NCBI GenBank assembly: GCA_026390345.1
Contig: JAPLGD010000072.1
Location: forward strand, 1,128 to 65,127
From: Candidatus Bipolaricaulota bacterium
Lineage (GTDB): Bacteria; Bipolaricaulota; Bipolaricaulia; UBA7950; UBA9294
Length of the DNA: 64,000 bases
Direction of reading: 5' to 3'
Below are positions 9,703 through 19,435 of the stretch, piece after piece. The position numbers and the translations under genes are program-made. Under the pieces are notes generated by a model. It was given only the letters and a program-made list of their open reading frames with translations. It had not been told where the DNA came from and made no database searches. Within the stretch, counting starts at the first letter, position 1. The number at the start of each line of letters is the position of its first letter.

Positions 9703-12218
9703 TCCGTTTTGCGACGCCGCTCGCCCTTCTGGCGCTCCTCGCACTCGGGTTCCTCGTCGTCGGCGGCCGCAAGCGTCTGCGCGACGTCGCCCTTCCCGCC
9801 CTCGCCGCACTGGCCTTGATTGTGGCCCTGGCAGGCCCCGAGCTGCGCCGCGGCCTGCCCCCGGAGAACGTCATCGTCCTCCTCGATCGCTCTCCGAGCG
9901 TCGTGGCCACTCTCGAAGACGACGAGGTTCAGGATGCCGTGGCCGGCCTCCGCGCCGTGAATCCTGACAGACGGTTCGGGGCGGTCGCTTTCGCCTCTCG
10001 GGCGACGATCACCGATCCCCTCTCCGAGAATCCGAGTCCGCTCTCCGGGCTGCCGGAGGGCGCAAGCCTCGGGGCGCGAACCGACGTCGCGGCGGCCGTA
10101 AACCTTGCCCTCGCGGCGTCGCCCACAGGAGGTGCGAACCAGCTTGTGCTCGCCAGCGACGGCCGGATCACGGACGGTCTCCTTGAGGCCGTCACCGCGG
10201 CTCGTGCCGCGGGTGTGCCGATCTCCACACTTCCCCTCGGCCACACCGCAACGGCCGACACCTCCTTCACCCGCCTCGAGGTTCCCTCCCGAGTGCAGGT
10301 CGCGCGGCCGTTTCAGATCGTCGCGGGCGTCGAGTCTCCGTCGCCCGGAGAGGGAACGCTCCTCCTCTATCGCGACGGGGAGCTCGTCTCATCCACTCCT
10401 GTGTCCTTGAACAGCGGACTCTCCCGGTTTCGGATCGTCGACACGCTCACGGAAACCGGCACCCACACGTACCGCGTCGCGGTCAAGCGCTTGGGCGACC
10501 CGATCCCGGAGAATGACTCTCTCTCGGCCTTCGCGGAGAGCGAGACCCCTCCTCCCCTACTCATCGTCTCGCCCGAGGTTCCCAACACCCTCGCCGCCGT
10601 GCTCGCGGGGGCGCAGCGACCCTACGCGCTAAGCGCCGTCGTCCCCCCGCTCGAGGAGCTCGCCCACTACCGCGAGATCCTGATCACGGGTTTCCCCCTG
10701 GGCGAGCTCTCTCCTGGCGACATCCAGATTCTCCGATCCTTCGTCGCCGACCTCGGCGGAGGTCTCCTCGTCGCCGAGGGTGAAGCGGAGCTCCGCGGGG
10801 TGCGAAGCGGTGGGATCGAGGATCTTCTCCCCGTCTCGTACACGCTTCCTCAGCGAGCGGACCAGGCGAGTCTCGCCGTCGTCTACCTCCTCGACCGCTC
10901 GGCGAGCATGCTCGGGCACGCCGAAGGAGCTGCGAAAATCGACGTTGTGAAGGAGGCCGCGGCCGCCTGCGTCGGCCTCCTCGACCCGCAGGCCCTCGCC
11001 GGGATCATCGCGTTCGATCGGGAGTTCCGCTGGCTGCGACGCGTCGCCCCCGTCCTGGATGGCCGCGAGATCTACGAGTCGCTCCGGACTCTCGAAGCGA
11101 GCGGAGGAACCGACATCTACTACCCGACGGTCGCGGCTCTCGACGCCCTCGAACAGGTCTCGGCGCGAATCAAGCACATCCTTCTTCTCTCCGACGGGAA
11201 GACGGTCGACGAGGCTCGCGACTGGGGCGGACTCTTCGCTCGCTTGGAGGCCCAGTCCGACGTCCGCCTCTCCGCCATCGCCGTCGGCCCTCAGCCGAAC
11301 CTGTCGCTCCTCGACCGCCTGGCAAAGGCCGGTCGAGGAGAGCTCTACGTGGCGGCCGACTTCTCTCTCCTCCCGAAAGTATCGATGGAGGCCACCCAAC
11401 GCTTGTCGGAGAGCCGCTTCGTGACCGAGGAGACTTCCGTGTCTGGACCGCTCGTAGGCGGGGATCTGGGCGAGATCCCCCCACTCCAAGGACGCGCGCT
11501 GACGTACTCGCGGCCGACGGCCGAGGTCCTCCTCGCAGCAGGAACGGACCCGATCCTGGCTCGATGGCGACTCGGCCTGGGTAGGGCCGCCGTCCTGAAC
11601 ACCGATCTCGCAGGGATCTGGTCGCGCGACTGGCTCTCCTGGAGCCGTGCGCCTCTGCTTCTCGAAGCCCTCCTGGGGTGTGTGGAAGCCGGAACTTGGG
11701 TCGACCAGGGTCTTCAACCGTCCGTGGAGGTCGGGGAGTTCGGCATTCGCGTGTCCGTCGAGGCGCGGGAATCGGATGGGAGCTTCGCCGACTTCCTGCG
11801 CCTCGAGGCCGCTCTGCTCCCCGGCGGCACGGCCGCTCCGCTCGCACAGACGAGCGCCGGCCGATACGAGACGACGCTCCCCACACTCGCGGAGGGAGGG
11901 TACGCCCTCCGAGTGGTCGATCAGACACGAGGCCGAGTCGTCCTCCTCCCCTTCTCGGTTCCCTACCCGGAGGAGTACCGACACACGGGCGTCGACAAGG
12001 CAACCCTCCGAACGATCGCCCAGGCCACCGGCGGCCGGTTCCTCGTGGGAGAGCAGGTTCTCCCCGAGTCGCCTAGCGCACTAGCCCAATCCTTCGTTCC
12101 CGTCCACCGCCAAGTCCTGCTCCTTGCCCTCGCTCTCTTTCTTCTCGAACTCGTTCGGCGGAAGCTGCCTCGTCGACTTGCGAAGCCGGCGCCGCGGACG
12201 GGCCGCTCCGCTTCTTGA
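9699..12218 (+). CDS. Tandem VWA-domain protein with a BatA-like double-transmembrane N-terminus and a C-terminal transmembrane anchor.
   Basis: GTG start overlaps the upstream stop (GTGA). N-terminus IRFATPLALLALLALGFLVVGGRKR. Two MIDAS-type motifs (VLLDRSPSV and VYLLDRSASM). The C-terminus has LLLALALFLLELVRRKLPRR. Confidence 0.75.
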   Translation: MIRFATPLALLALLALGFLVVGGRKRLRDVALPALAALALIVALAGPELRRGLPPENVIVLLDRSPSVVATLEDDEVQDAVAGLRAVNPDRRFGAVAFASRATITDPLSENPSPLSGLPEGASLGARTDVAAAVNLALAASPTGGANQLVLASDGRITDGLLEAVTAARAAGVPISTLPLGHTATADTSFTRLEVPSRVQVARPFQIVAGVESPSPGEGTLLLYRDGELVSSTPVSLNSGLSRFRIVDTLTETGTHTYRVAVKRLGDPIPENDSLSAFAESETPPPLLIVSPEVPNTLAAVLAGAQRPYALSAVVPPLEELAHYREILITGFPLGELSPGDIQILRSFVADLGGGLLVAEGEAELRGVRSGGIEDLLPVSYTLPQRADQASLAVVYLLDRSASMLGHAEGAAKIDVVKEAAAACVGLLDPQALAGIIAFDREFRWLRRVAPVLDGREIYESLRTLEASGGTDIYYPTVAALDALEQVSARIKHILLLSDGKTVDEARDWGGLFARLEAQSDVRLSAIAVGPQPNLSLLDRLAKAGRGELYVAADFSLLPKVSMEATQRLSESRFVTEETSVSGPLVGGDLGEIPPLQGRALTYSRPTAEVLLAAGTDPILARWRLGLGRAAVLNTDLAGIWSRDWLSWSRAPLLLEALLGCVEAGTWVDQGLQPSVEVGEFGIRVSVEARESDGSFADFLRLEAALLPGGTAAPLAQTSAGRYETTLPTLAEGGYALRVVDQTRGRVVLLPFSVPYPEEYRHTGVDKATLRTIAQATGGRFLVGEQVLPESPSALAQSFVPVHRQVLLLALALFLLELVRRKLPRRLAKPAPRTGRSAS

Positions 12219-12301
12219 GGGACTCGCGATTCCGAAGTGCGGCCATCGGGCGCGTCGTCTGGCAAAAAAGCAGAACCCAAGTGCGGTGCAGTGCGGTCCA
12301 C

Positions 12302-12330
12302 TTGATTCAGTATCACCACAACTCTACACT
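12302..12330 (+). promoter_or_regulatory. Promoter TTGATT-17nt-TACACT for the second peptide ABC operon.
   Basis: Read at 12302-12307 and 12325-12330 in a locally AT-richer intergenic region. The -10 context TACACTGC is shared with the promoter at 21920. Confidence 0.4.
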
Positions 12331-12433
12331 GCTGTCGAAGTTCCCTCTCGATTGCCATCCCACGGAAGGGGAGGTGACGTTCGCGTTTGGCTTCTCTGGT
12401 AGAGCGGAAGGAACATCTCTAAGGGAGGTTCAG

Positions 12434-14035
12434 ATGGGAAGAAAGGGAAACTGGCTAGTACTTGGGCTCGTGGTGTCCCTGGTCATCGGCATGGCTTCCG
12501 TGGGGTTCGGAGCGACGGACAAGTTGATCTATCTGTTCTACGGCGAGCCTGGTGAGGCTGACCCTGCTACAGCGTACGACATGCGCTCGTCGACACTGAT
12601 CAACAACGTCTATGACCGTCTCCTGACGTACGAAGGGAGCGATGCAACGAAGTTCGCGCCGATGTTGGCCGAGCGCTGGGAAGTGTCGGCCGACGGAAAG
12701 ACGGTCACGTTCCACCTCCGGAAGAACGCGACGTTCCACGACGGCTCGCCCCTGACGGCGGAGGATGTGCGCTACTCGTTCAACCGCGTTCTGACGATGA
12801 ACCAACCGCCGTCCTGGATGCTGTCGCAGATGATGAACCAGGATAGCACCGTGGTCGTTGACCCGTACACCATCGAGGTCCACTTGACGCAGGCGTACGC
12901 CGCTGCCCTGGGCGTGCTGACGCACACCGTCGCGTCGATCGTCAACTCGGCGGTCGTCGAGGCGAACGGCGGCATCGTCGCCGATCAGGAAAACACCTGG
13001 ATGAACCAGAACGAGGGCGGCGCCGGATCTGGACCGTACACGCTGAAGGAATGGATCCCGGCCGAGAGACTCACGTTCGAACGGTATGACGGCTACTGGG
13101 GCGCGAAGGCGCTGACGAAGACGATCGAGTGCCCCATCGTCCCTGAGGTCGGAACTCGCGTCCTCATGCTGCGGGCAGGGGATGCCGACGTCCACGACCA
13201 GTTCCCGGAGACGAACGTCGCTGACCTCGAAGGCGCTCCGAACCTGACGATCCTTACTCCGGCCACGTTCAACATCGACTTCATTGCGTTGGGTTGCCGC
13301 GGCCCGATGGCTGAGAAGGCCGTCCGCCAAGCGGTGTCCTACGCGTTCCCGTACGCCATGGCGCTTGAGTTCGTCTACAACGGACTCGCGATCCGATCCA
13401 CCGGCCCGATTCCGTCGGGGATGTTCGGCTACGTCGACCCTGCGGCCGACGGACGGTACGAGTACAACATCGTCAAGGCGAACCAGCTCCTGGACGCGGC
13501 CGGCTGGACTTGGGTTGCCGGTCAGGGCTACCGTGTGAAGGCCGGCGTAGAGCTTGGAATGGAGGTCTTGGCGCCGATCGGCGAGGAAGTCAAGATGCAG
13601 GAAGCCCTGCTCTGGCAGGACAGCCTCCGGCAGATCGGCTTTAACCTGAAGATCCGAGAGATCGTGTACGCCATGATGTACAGGACCGTCCGCAACCACG
13701 ACACGGACGGCATCATGTCGGGCTGGCTACCGGACTACGCGGACCCGGACAACTACGTTGACGCCATCTGCAACTCAGGAAACGCCAACGCCATCTACGG
13801 GAACCAGTACAACAACCCGGCAATGGATGCCCTGATCTTGCAGGCGAAGTCCGAAATCGACGTGGCGAAGCGTGCCGGCCTGTATCGGCAGATCCAGGAG
13901 ATCTCGTTCCAGGATGCGCCGTACATCTGGGTCTCCCAGCGGTCGAACGTTGTCATCCTCAACAACGCCGTGAAGGGCTTCTACTACAACCCGATCCTTC
14001 CGATCGACTTCGCGACGCTGTACAAGGAAGGCTAG
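12434..14035 (+). CDS. ABC transporter substrate-binding protein, family 5 (peptide), with a Sec signal peptide.
   Basis: RBS AAGGGAGG then ATG 12434. Signal MGRKGNWLVLGLVVSLVIGMASVGFGATD. Family-5 motifs (GSGPYTLKEW, GWLPDYADPDNY). Confidence 0.85.
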   Translation: MGRKGNWLVLGLVVSLVIGMASVGFGATDKLIYLFYGEPGEADPATAYDMRSSTLINNVYDRLLTYEGSDATKFAPMLAERWEVSADGKTVTFHLRKNATFHDGSPLTAEDVRYSFNRVLTMNQPPSWMLSQMMNQDSTVVVDPYTIEVHLTQAYAAALGVLTHTVASIVNSAVVEANGGIVADQENTWMNQNEGGAGSGPYTLKEWIPAERLTFERYDGYWGAKALTKTIECPIVPEVGTRVLMLRAGDADVHDQFPETNVADLEGAPNLTILTPATFNIDFIALGCRGPMAEKAVRQAVSYAFPYAMALEFVYNGLAIRSTGPIPSGMFGYVDPAADGRYEYNIVKANQLLDAAGWTWVAGQGYRVKAGVELGMEVLAPIGEEVKMQEALLWQDSLRQIGFNLKIREIVYAMMYRTVRNHDTDGIMSGWLPDYADPDNYVDAICNSGNANAIYGNQYNNPAMDALILQAKSEIDVAKRAGLYRQIQEISFQDAPYIWVSQRSNVVILNNAVKGFYYNPILPIDFATLYKEG

Positions 14036-14059
14036 GCAAGAAGGGATTTGGACCAACAC

Positions 14060-14084
14060 GGGGCCGGAGTCTCACTCCGGCCCC
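14060..14084 (+). promoter_or_regulatory. Intercistronic stem-loop (10 bp stem ggggccggag/ctccggcccc, loop tctca) followed by tcctttgattcc. It is likely a partial terminator or mRNA stabiliser between the binding-protein and permease genes.
   Basis: Read directly from the sequence. It is positioned like the hairpins at 888 and 35903. Confidence 0.5.
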
Positions 14085-14141
14085 TCCTTTGATTCCACAA
14101 CCGCGGGGCGACCTCGTCCTTCCGCGGAATGAGGAGAAGAC

Positions 14142-15161
14142 ATGAGGCTCAGCACCTACATCCTGCGCCGCGTCGCGATGCTGATTCCTGTCCTGCTCGG
14201 CGTGCTGGTGATCATCTTCGTAATCGCGTACGTCATTCCGGCGGATCCGGCGCGAGCCTGGGCCGGGCCGCGGGCGCGAGCGGAGCAGGTTCAGGTGCTT
14301 GAGGAGCGTTACCACCTGAACGACCCGATCTACACCCAGATCTGGATCTACCTGAAGAACGTGGTTCTCCACTTCGACCTCGGGGTCTCTCCGACGACCG
14401 GGCGCCCGGTGCGAGACGATCTCAAGGCCTTCTTCCCGGCAACCTTTGAGCTGGCGATGTGCGCCTTCTTCCTAGCGATCGCCTTAGGAATTCCCTTGGG
14501 CGTCGTCTCCGCTCTGCGGAGGAATCGCCCGACGGACCACTTCTCCCGCGTCATCGCGCTGACCGGAGTCTCGACGCCGTTGTTTTGGTCGGCGCTCCTG
14601 CTGCAGTTCCTGTTCTACTACAAGCTGGGCTGGCTCCCGGCGATGGGGCGATCGACGATCGACATCACGCGCTACACCGGCTTCGTCCTCATCGACAGCG
14701 TTCTCAACTGGAACTGGACGGCGTTCGGCGATGCGGCGATCCACATGATCCTCCCGGCCGCGACGTTGGCGTTCTACTCGATGGGGTACCTGGTCCGCAT
14801 CACACGCGGCAGCATGCTCGAGGTTCTCGAGGCGGAGTACGTGATCACGGCGAAGGCCAAGGGACTTCCGCGTAAGATCGTCATCTACCGGCACGCGCTG
14901 AAGAACGCAATCATCCCGCCGCTGACCGTGCTCGGTGTCGAATTCGGCTGGTTGCTGGGCGGAACGGTTCTGCTTGAGACGATCTTCGCCTGGCCGGGAA
15001 TGGGGCGGTACGCGGCAGGGTCGATTGTCATGGTCGATCTCCCAGCCGTGGTCGGCTACACGCTGGTCGTCGCCATGATCATGCTCTTGTCGAACCTGGT
15101 CGTCGACATTCTCTACAGCGTCATCGATCCGCGGATCCGTGTGGGAGGGAAGCGCAGATGA
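14142..15161 (+). CDS. ABC transporter permease, DppB-like.
   Basis: 339 residues. Transmembrane pattern and conserved AKAKGLPRKIVIYRHALKNA loop. Confidence 0.85.
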   Translation: MRLSTYILRRVAMLIPVLLGVLVIIFVIAYVIPADPARAWAGPRARAEQVQVLEERYHLNDPIYTQIWIYLKNVVLHFDLGVSPTTGRPVRDDLKAFFPATFELAMCAFFLAIALGIPLGVVSALRRNRPTDHFSRVIALTGVSTPLFWSALLLQFLFYYKLGWLPAMGRSTIDITRYTGFVLIDSVLNWNWTAFGDAAIHMILPAATLAFYSMGYLVRITRGSMLEVLEAEYVITAKAKGLPRKIVIYRHALKNAIIPPLTVLGVEFGWLLGGTVLLETIFAWPGMGRYAAGSIVMVDLPAVVGYTLVVAMIMLLSNLVVDILYSVIDPRIRVGGKRR

Positions 15162-16117
15162 GAATCCCTGGAAGCATGCTCTTCTCGTCCCGCTATCGGC
15201 TGCTCCAGAAACGCCTCCATCCGATCACCAAGGAATGGGGTCTGACCTTCTACGTGCTTCGGCACAGCACGTTGGCCGTCGTCGGAGGGCTCATCGCCCT
15301 TGCATTCATCTTCATCGCCCTCTTCGGAGCCATGCTCGCTCCGTACAATCCGATCAGCGCCAACATCCAGGACCGATTTCAGCCGCCTTCGGCGTCGCAC
15401 CCGCTGGGCACCGACACGATGGGGCGCGACGTCATGAGCCGCATGCTGGCCGGGGCACAGCACAGCATCAAGGCGGGGCTGATCGTTCTCGCGATCGCTG
15501 TTCCCCTCGGCGTTCTCCTCGGGGGGATTGCCGGCTTGTTCGGCGGGTGGATCGATGAGGTCATCATGCGGGTCACCGACATGTTCCTCGCGTTCCCCTC
15601 GCTGGTCCTGGCGATGGCCTTTTCGGCCGCTCTCGGGCCGTCTCTGTTCAACGCGATGATCGCCCTGTCAATCGTCTGGTGGCCGATGTACGCTCGCCTC
15701 GTCCGCGGGCAGGCGCTGGCGGTCAGGGAAACGAGCTACGTCGAAGCCGCCCGGTCGCGGGGAGCCAGCAACTGGCACATCATGTTCAAGCACATCCTGC
15801 CGAACTGCCTGTCGCCGATTCTCGTGACGTTGACGCTCGACATGGGATGGGTCATCACCGCCGCCGCGTCGCTGAGCTTCCTGGGGTTCGGCGCCCAGCC
15901 TCCAATCCCCGAGTGGGGTCGGATGGTCAGCGACGGCCGAATCTACATGCTGCGCGCGTGGTGGATGTCTGTGTTCCCCGGGCTCGGCATCGTGCTCGTG
16001 GTGCTGGGGTTCAACCTTCTGGGGGACGGGATCCGTGACTCGTTAGACCCGAAGCTTCGAAGACTGACGGAGGTGACATGGAAACCCGAGAAGACCTCCT
16101 CGTCGTCGACAGACTGA
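15158..16117 (+). CDS. ABC transporter permease, DppC-like.
   Basis: ATGA overlap with the upstream gene. 319 residues. ARSRGASNWHIMFKHILPN motif. Confidence 0.85.
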   Translation: MRIPGSMLFSSRYRLLQKRLHPITKEWGLTFYVLRHSTLAVVGGLIALAFIFIALFGAMLAPYNPISANIQDRFQPPSASHPLGTDTMGRDVMSRMLAGAQHSIKAGLIVLAIAVPLGVLLGGIAGLFGGWIDEVIMRVTDMFLAFPSLVLAMAFSAALGPSLFNAMIALSIVWWPMYARLVRGQALAVRETSYVEAARSRGASNWHIMFKHILPNCLSPILVTLTLDMGWVITAAASLSFLGFGAQPPIPEWGRMVSDGRIYMLRAWWMSVFPGLGIVLVVLGFNLLGDGIRDSLDPKLRRLTEVTWKPEKTSSSSTD

Positions 16118-17067
16118 AGACGCAGTTCTTCACGTACGGAGGCGTCGTCGAAGCCCTCGATGAGGTTAGCTTCGAGATCCGCCTCGGCGAGATCTTCGGA
16201 CTGGTCGGGGAAAGCGGATGCGGCAAGTCCGTGACGGCGACGTCAATCCTTGGGCTCGTCGCCAAACCAGGCAAGATCGTCTCGGGGCGCGTGCTCTTGG
16301 ACGGGGAGAACCTCGTCGAGAAGAGCGAGCAGGAGATGAACCGCGTCCGAGGCTCTCGCATCGCGATGATCTTCCAGGACCCGACCAGTTCGCTCAATCC
16401 CCTGTTCCGGATCGGGTACCAGGTTGCCGAACCCTACATCTACCACCAGCGCCGCCCGAAGCGACAGGCGTTGAAGGACGCGACCGAGATCCTCGCCAAG
16501 ACTGGACTCCCCGACGCCGTGGAGAAGTCGAGGAACTACCCCCACGAGCTGTCCGGAGGAATGCGCCAGCGGGCAATGATCGCCATGTCGCTGACCTGCG
16601 AGCCGGACCTGTTGATCGCGGACGAGCCCACGACGAACCTCGACGTGACGATCGGGCGCCAGATCCTCGACCTCGTCAAGGACCTGCAGCGCGAGTTCGG
16701 AGCCAGCGTCCTCTGGATCACGCACGACATGGCGGTCGTCGCTCAGATGTGCGACCGCGTCGGGGTGATGTACGCGGGGACCATCGTCGAGAAGACCGAC
16801 GTGAGGACCCTGTTCCGGAATGCGAAGCATCCCTACACGGAACGTCTGCTCCGCGCCATCCCTTCCGCGGTGAAGTCCGCTGACAAGCTGGAGGAGATCC
16901 CAGGCTCCGTTCCGCAACTGATCCATCCACCAACGGGGTGTCGGTTCCATCCGCGCTGCGACCACGTGATGGAGATCTGCAGCCGCGTGAAGCCGGTGGA
17001 ACTAGAGGTCGAGCCGGGTCACATGGTGGCGTGCCACCTGTTCGGCGGGGAAAAGGAAGCGACATGA
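16078..17067 (+). CDS. ABC transporter ATP-binding protein, DppD/OppD-like.
   Basis: Walker A GESGCGKS, signature LSGGMRQR, Walker B LLIADEPTTNLD. C-terminal oligopeptide-ABC extension with conserved Cys (GCRFHPRC). Confidence 0.9.
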   Translation: METREDLLVVDRLKTQFFTYGGVVEALDEVSFEIRLGEIFGLVGESGCGKSVTATSILGLVAKPGKIVSGRVLLDGENLVEKSEQEMNRVRGSRIAMIFQDPTSSLNPLFRIGYQVAEPYIYHQRRPKRQALKDATEILAKTGLPDAVEKSRNYPHELSGGMRQRAMIAMSLTCEPDLLIADEPTTNLDVTIGRQILDLVKDLQREFGASVLWITHDMAVVAQMCDRVGVMYAGTIVEKTDVRTLFRNAKHPYTERLLRAIPSAVKSADKLEEIPGSVPQLIHPPTGCRFHPRCDHVMEICSRVKPVELEVEPGHMVACHLFGGEKEAT

Positions 17068-18029
17068 CGACCGCGCTGTTTGAGTGTCGGAACCTAACGA
17101 AGTTCTTCCCGATCAAGAACCTGTTCCGCGAAACAGGGCGGGTCCACGCGGTGGAGGACGTCAACCTGACGATCCCCGAGGGTGGGACCGTCGGCCTGGT
17201 GGGCGAAAGCGGCTGCGGGAAGACGACGCTGGCGCGGACCATCCTGTTGCTGATTGAGCCCACATCGGGGCAGGTCATCTTCCGCGGCGAGGACATGGCT
17301 TCGCGCTCGAAGCGAGATCTGCGACAGTTCCGTCGCGAGACGGCGATCGTATTCCAGGATCCGTACTCCTCTCTCGATCCGCGAATGCTGATCGCCGATG
17401 TCGTCGGCGAACCGCTCGTGATTCACAAAGTGGCGTTCGGCGAAGACCGCGACGACGTCGTGCTGTCACTCTTGGAGCGGGTCGGGCTGAAGGCGGACCA
17501 CATGTACCGTTACCCGCATGAGTTCAGCGGGGGCCAGCGGCAACGGCTGGCGATCGCCCGTGCGCTAGCGGCAGACCCGAAGTTCATCCTGCTCGATGAG
17601 GCGACGTCGGCGCTCGACGTCTCGGTTCAGGCCAAGATCCTAAACATGCTGAACGGGCTCAAGGCCGATCTGCGGCTGACGTACATGTTCATCTCCCACG
17701 ACTTGAACGTCGTGCGGCACCTGAGCGACCACATCGGGGTGATGTACCTCGGGCGGATGGTCGAATACGGCACGCGAGAGCAGGTGTTCGATACCCCCAC
17801 TCACCCGTACACGCGTGGACTTCTTGCTGCGGCGCCGAGCCTCGATCCCAACGATCGGGACCGGCCGCGTGAGGTCGTCCTGCAAGGCGAGGTGCCCAGC
17901 GCTGTTGAACCGCCGTCGGGGTGCCGCTTCCACCCGCGTTGCCCCAACCGGAAGCCGGAATGCGACCGCGTGCGCCCCGAATTGGTGGACATCGGAGATG
18001 GCCACCTGGTAGCCTGTCTTCCAGGATGA
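17064..18029 (+). CDS. ABC transporter ATP-binding protein, DppF/OppF-like.
   Basis: Trimmed to ATG 17064 (ATGA overlap). Walker A GESGCGKT, signature FSGGQRQR, Walker B LLDEATSALD. Confidence 0.9.
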   Translation: MTTALFECRNLTKFFPIKNLFRETGRVHAVEDVNLTIPEGGTVGLVGESGCGKTTLARTILLLIEPTSGQVIFRGEDMASRSKRDLRQFRRETAIVFQDPYSSLDPRMLIADVVGEPLVIHKVAFGEDRDDVVLSLLERVGLKADHMYRYPHEFSGGQRQRLAIARALAADPKFILLDEATSALDVSVQAKILNMLNGLKADLRLTYMFISHDLNVVRHLSDHIGVMYLGRMVEYGTREQVFDTPTHPYTRGLLAAAPSLDPNDRDRPREVVLQGEVPSAVEPPSGCRFHPRCPNRKPECDRVRPELVDIGDGHLVACLPG

Positions 18030-18220
18030 AGATCGGTAGGCCGAGAAAAGAAGAGCCGGAGATTGCTCCTGGCGCGGAAGACTCCGGCGCCGAGCGGAAG
18101 GCGCCCGAGCTATCGCGCAAGGACATCCTCGCGGTGATCATCGCGATGTTCCAGCTCTTCCTCCCGCTGATCGTCGGTCTAGTGATCGTGGGCGCAGTCG
18201 TGGCGCTGATTCTTCGCTGA
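18026..18220 (+). CDS. Small (64 residue) C-terminally membrane-anchored protein, translationally coupled to the DppF-like ATPase.
   Basis: ATG 18026 overlaps the ATPase stop (ATGA). Charged N-terminal half, then one transmembrane helix ILAVIIAMFQLFLPLIVGLVIVGAVVALIL. Confidence 0.45.
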   Translation: MKIGRPRKEEPEIAPGAEDSGAERKAPELSRKDILAVIIAMFQLFLPLIVGLVIVGAVVALILR

Positions 18221-18253
18221 ACTCAGCGAAGCGAATCTGGAGAAGGAGACGAT

Positions 18254-19435
18254 GTGGGTCAGGCGCTAGCCGCGCTCAAGTCGCATCAGGCTTGTGAGAT
18301 TCTCAAGGAGCTGGGGGTCGACTGCTGGCTCGTCTGGGTCCGCGAGACGATGCAGATGCGTGATCCTAGCCTCGACCTCGTCTTGGGAAGTGACGTCATC
18401 GCTCAGACCGCCCTTCTCTTCACGCGGGAGGGAGAGAGGATTGCTGTCGCCCAGGAGCACGACGCCGCGGGTTTCCCGGACGGCCTATTCGATCGCACGA
18501 TCCCGTATCGAACGGGAATCGCCGAGCCTCTTCGCCGTGAGTTGGCCCGCCTGGATCCGGAACAGATCGCCCTGGACTACAGCGTCGACAACGACGCCGC
18601 AGACGGGCTGAGCGTCGGGATGCTGGAACTGCTTCGGCGGTTCCTTGACGGAACCGACTACTCGTCTCGCTTCGTGTCGGCCGGACCGCTCGTAGAGCAC
18701 CTTCGCGGCAGGAAGCTCCCGGAGGAGGTCGACCGCATTCGCGCCGCAATCTCCATCACGGAACGAATCTTCGACGATCTGCGCGGTTTCCTTCGAGTCG
18801 GCCAGACGGAACGCGAGATTGCGGAGTACGTACGTGCCCGCATCCGAGAGCTCGGCGTGAGCCCGTCGTGGGACCCGTCGTACTGCCCCGCCGTCGACGC
18901 CGGGCCGGACAAGGAGTTCGGCCACGCGGGCCCGACGGGTCTTCGGACGAAGGCTGGGCACCTGCTTCACTTCGACTTCGGGGTGAAGGCGGACGGGTAC
19001 TGCGCTGACCTCCAGCGGATGTACTTCTTCGGGGGTCCCGCCGAAATCCCGGCCGAAGTTCGACGCGCCTTTGACACGGTACGCGGCGCCATCGACGCCG
19101 CGAGCTCGTTTCTCCACCCTGGTCGGGTGGGTCATGAGGTGGACGCCGTGGCCCGCGCACACATCACCGGCGCCGGCTACGAGGAGTACGCGCACGGCCT
19201 CGGCCATCAGATCGGACGGTTCGCACACGACGGGGGGATGCGACTCGCGCCGACGTGGGAGCTGTTCGGCCGTCGCCCCTTCGGAATCGTCGAACAGGGC
19301 AACGTCTTCACCATCGAACCGAACGCCGTGACACGGAACTACGGGCGGGTCAGCCTTGAAGAGGACGTCCTGGTAACCGCCGACGGCTGCCGCTACCTCT
19401 CGACTCCACAACGCGAGCTCATCTGTCTCGAATAG
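18254..19435 (+). CDS. M24-family metallopeptidase (Xaa-Pro aminopeptidase/prolidase type).
   Basis: GTG start after GGAGAAGGAGA. N-terminal creatinase-like domain plus C-terminal pita-bread domain with conserved metal-ligand context (HGLGHQIG, FTIEP). Confidence 0.8.
   Translation: MGQALAALKSHQACEILKELGVDCWLVWVRETMQMRDPSLDLVLGSDVIAQTALLFTREGERIAVAQEHDAAGFPDGLFDRTIPYRTGIAEPLRRELARLDPEQIALDYSVDNDAADGLSVGMLELLRRFLDGTDYSSRFVSAGPLVEHLRGRKLPEEVDRIRAAISITERIFDDLRGFLRVGQTEREIAEYVRARIRELGVSPSWDPSYCPAVDAGPDKEFGHAGPTGLRTKAGHLLHFDFGVKADGYCADLQRMYFFGGPAEIPAEVRRAFDTVRGAIDAASSFLHPGRVGHEVDAVARAHITGAGYEEYAHGLGHQIGRFAHDGGMRLAPTWELFGRRPFGIVEQGNVFTIEPNAVTRNYGRVSLEEDVLVTADGCRYLSTPQRELICLE

Noticed and set aside
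7762-9810. A 682-residue minus-strand ORF and a 490-residue plus-strand ORF (7881..9353) overlapping the BatA-like gene.
   Set aside because: These are shadow ORFs of a high-GC region. They are extremely Arg/Gly/Pro-rich, with no domain signatures.
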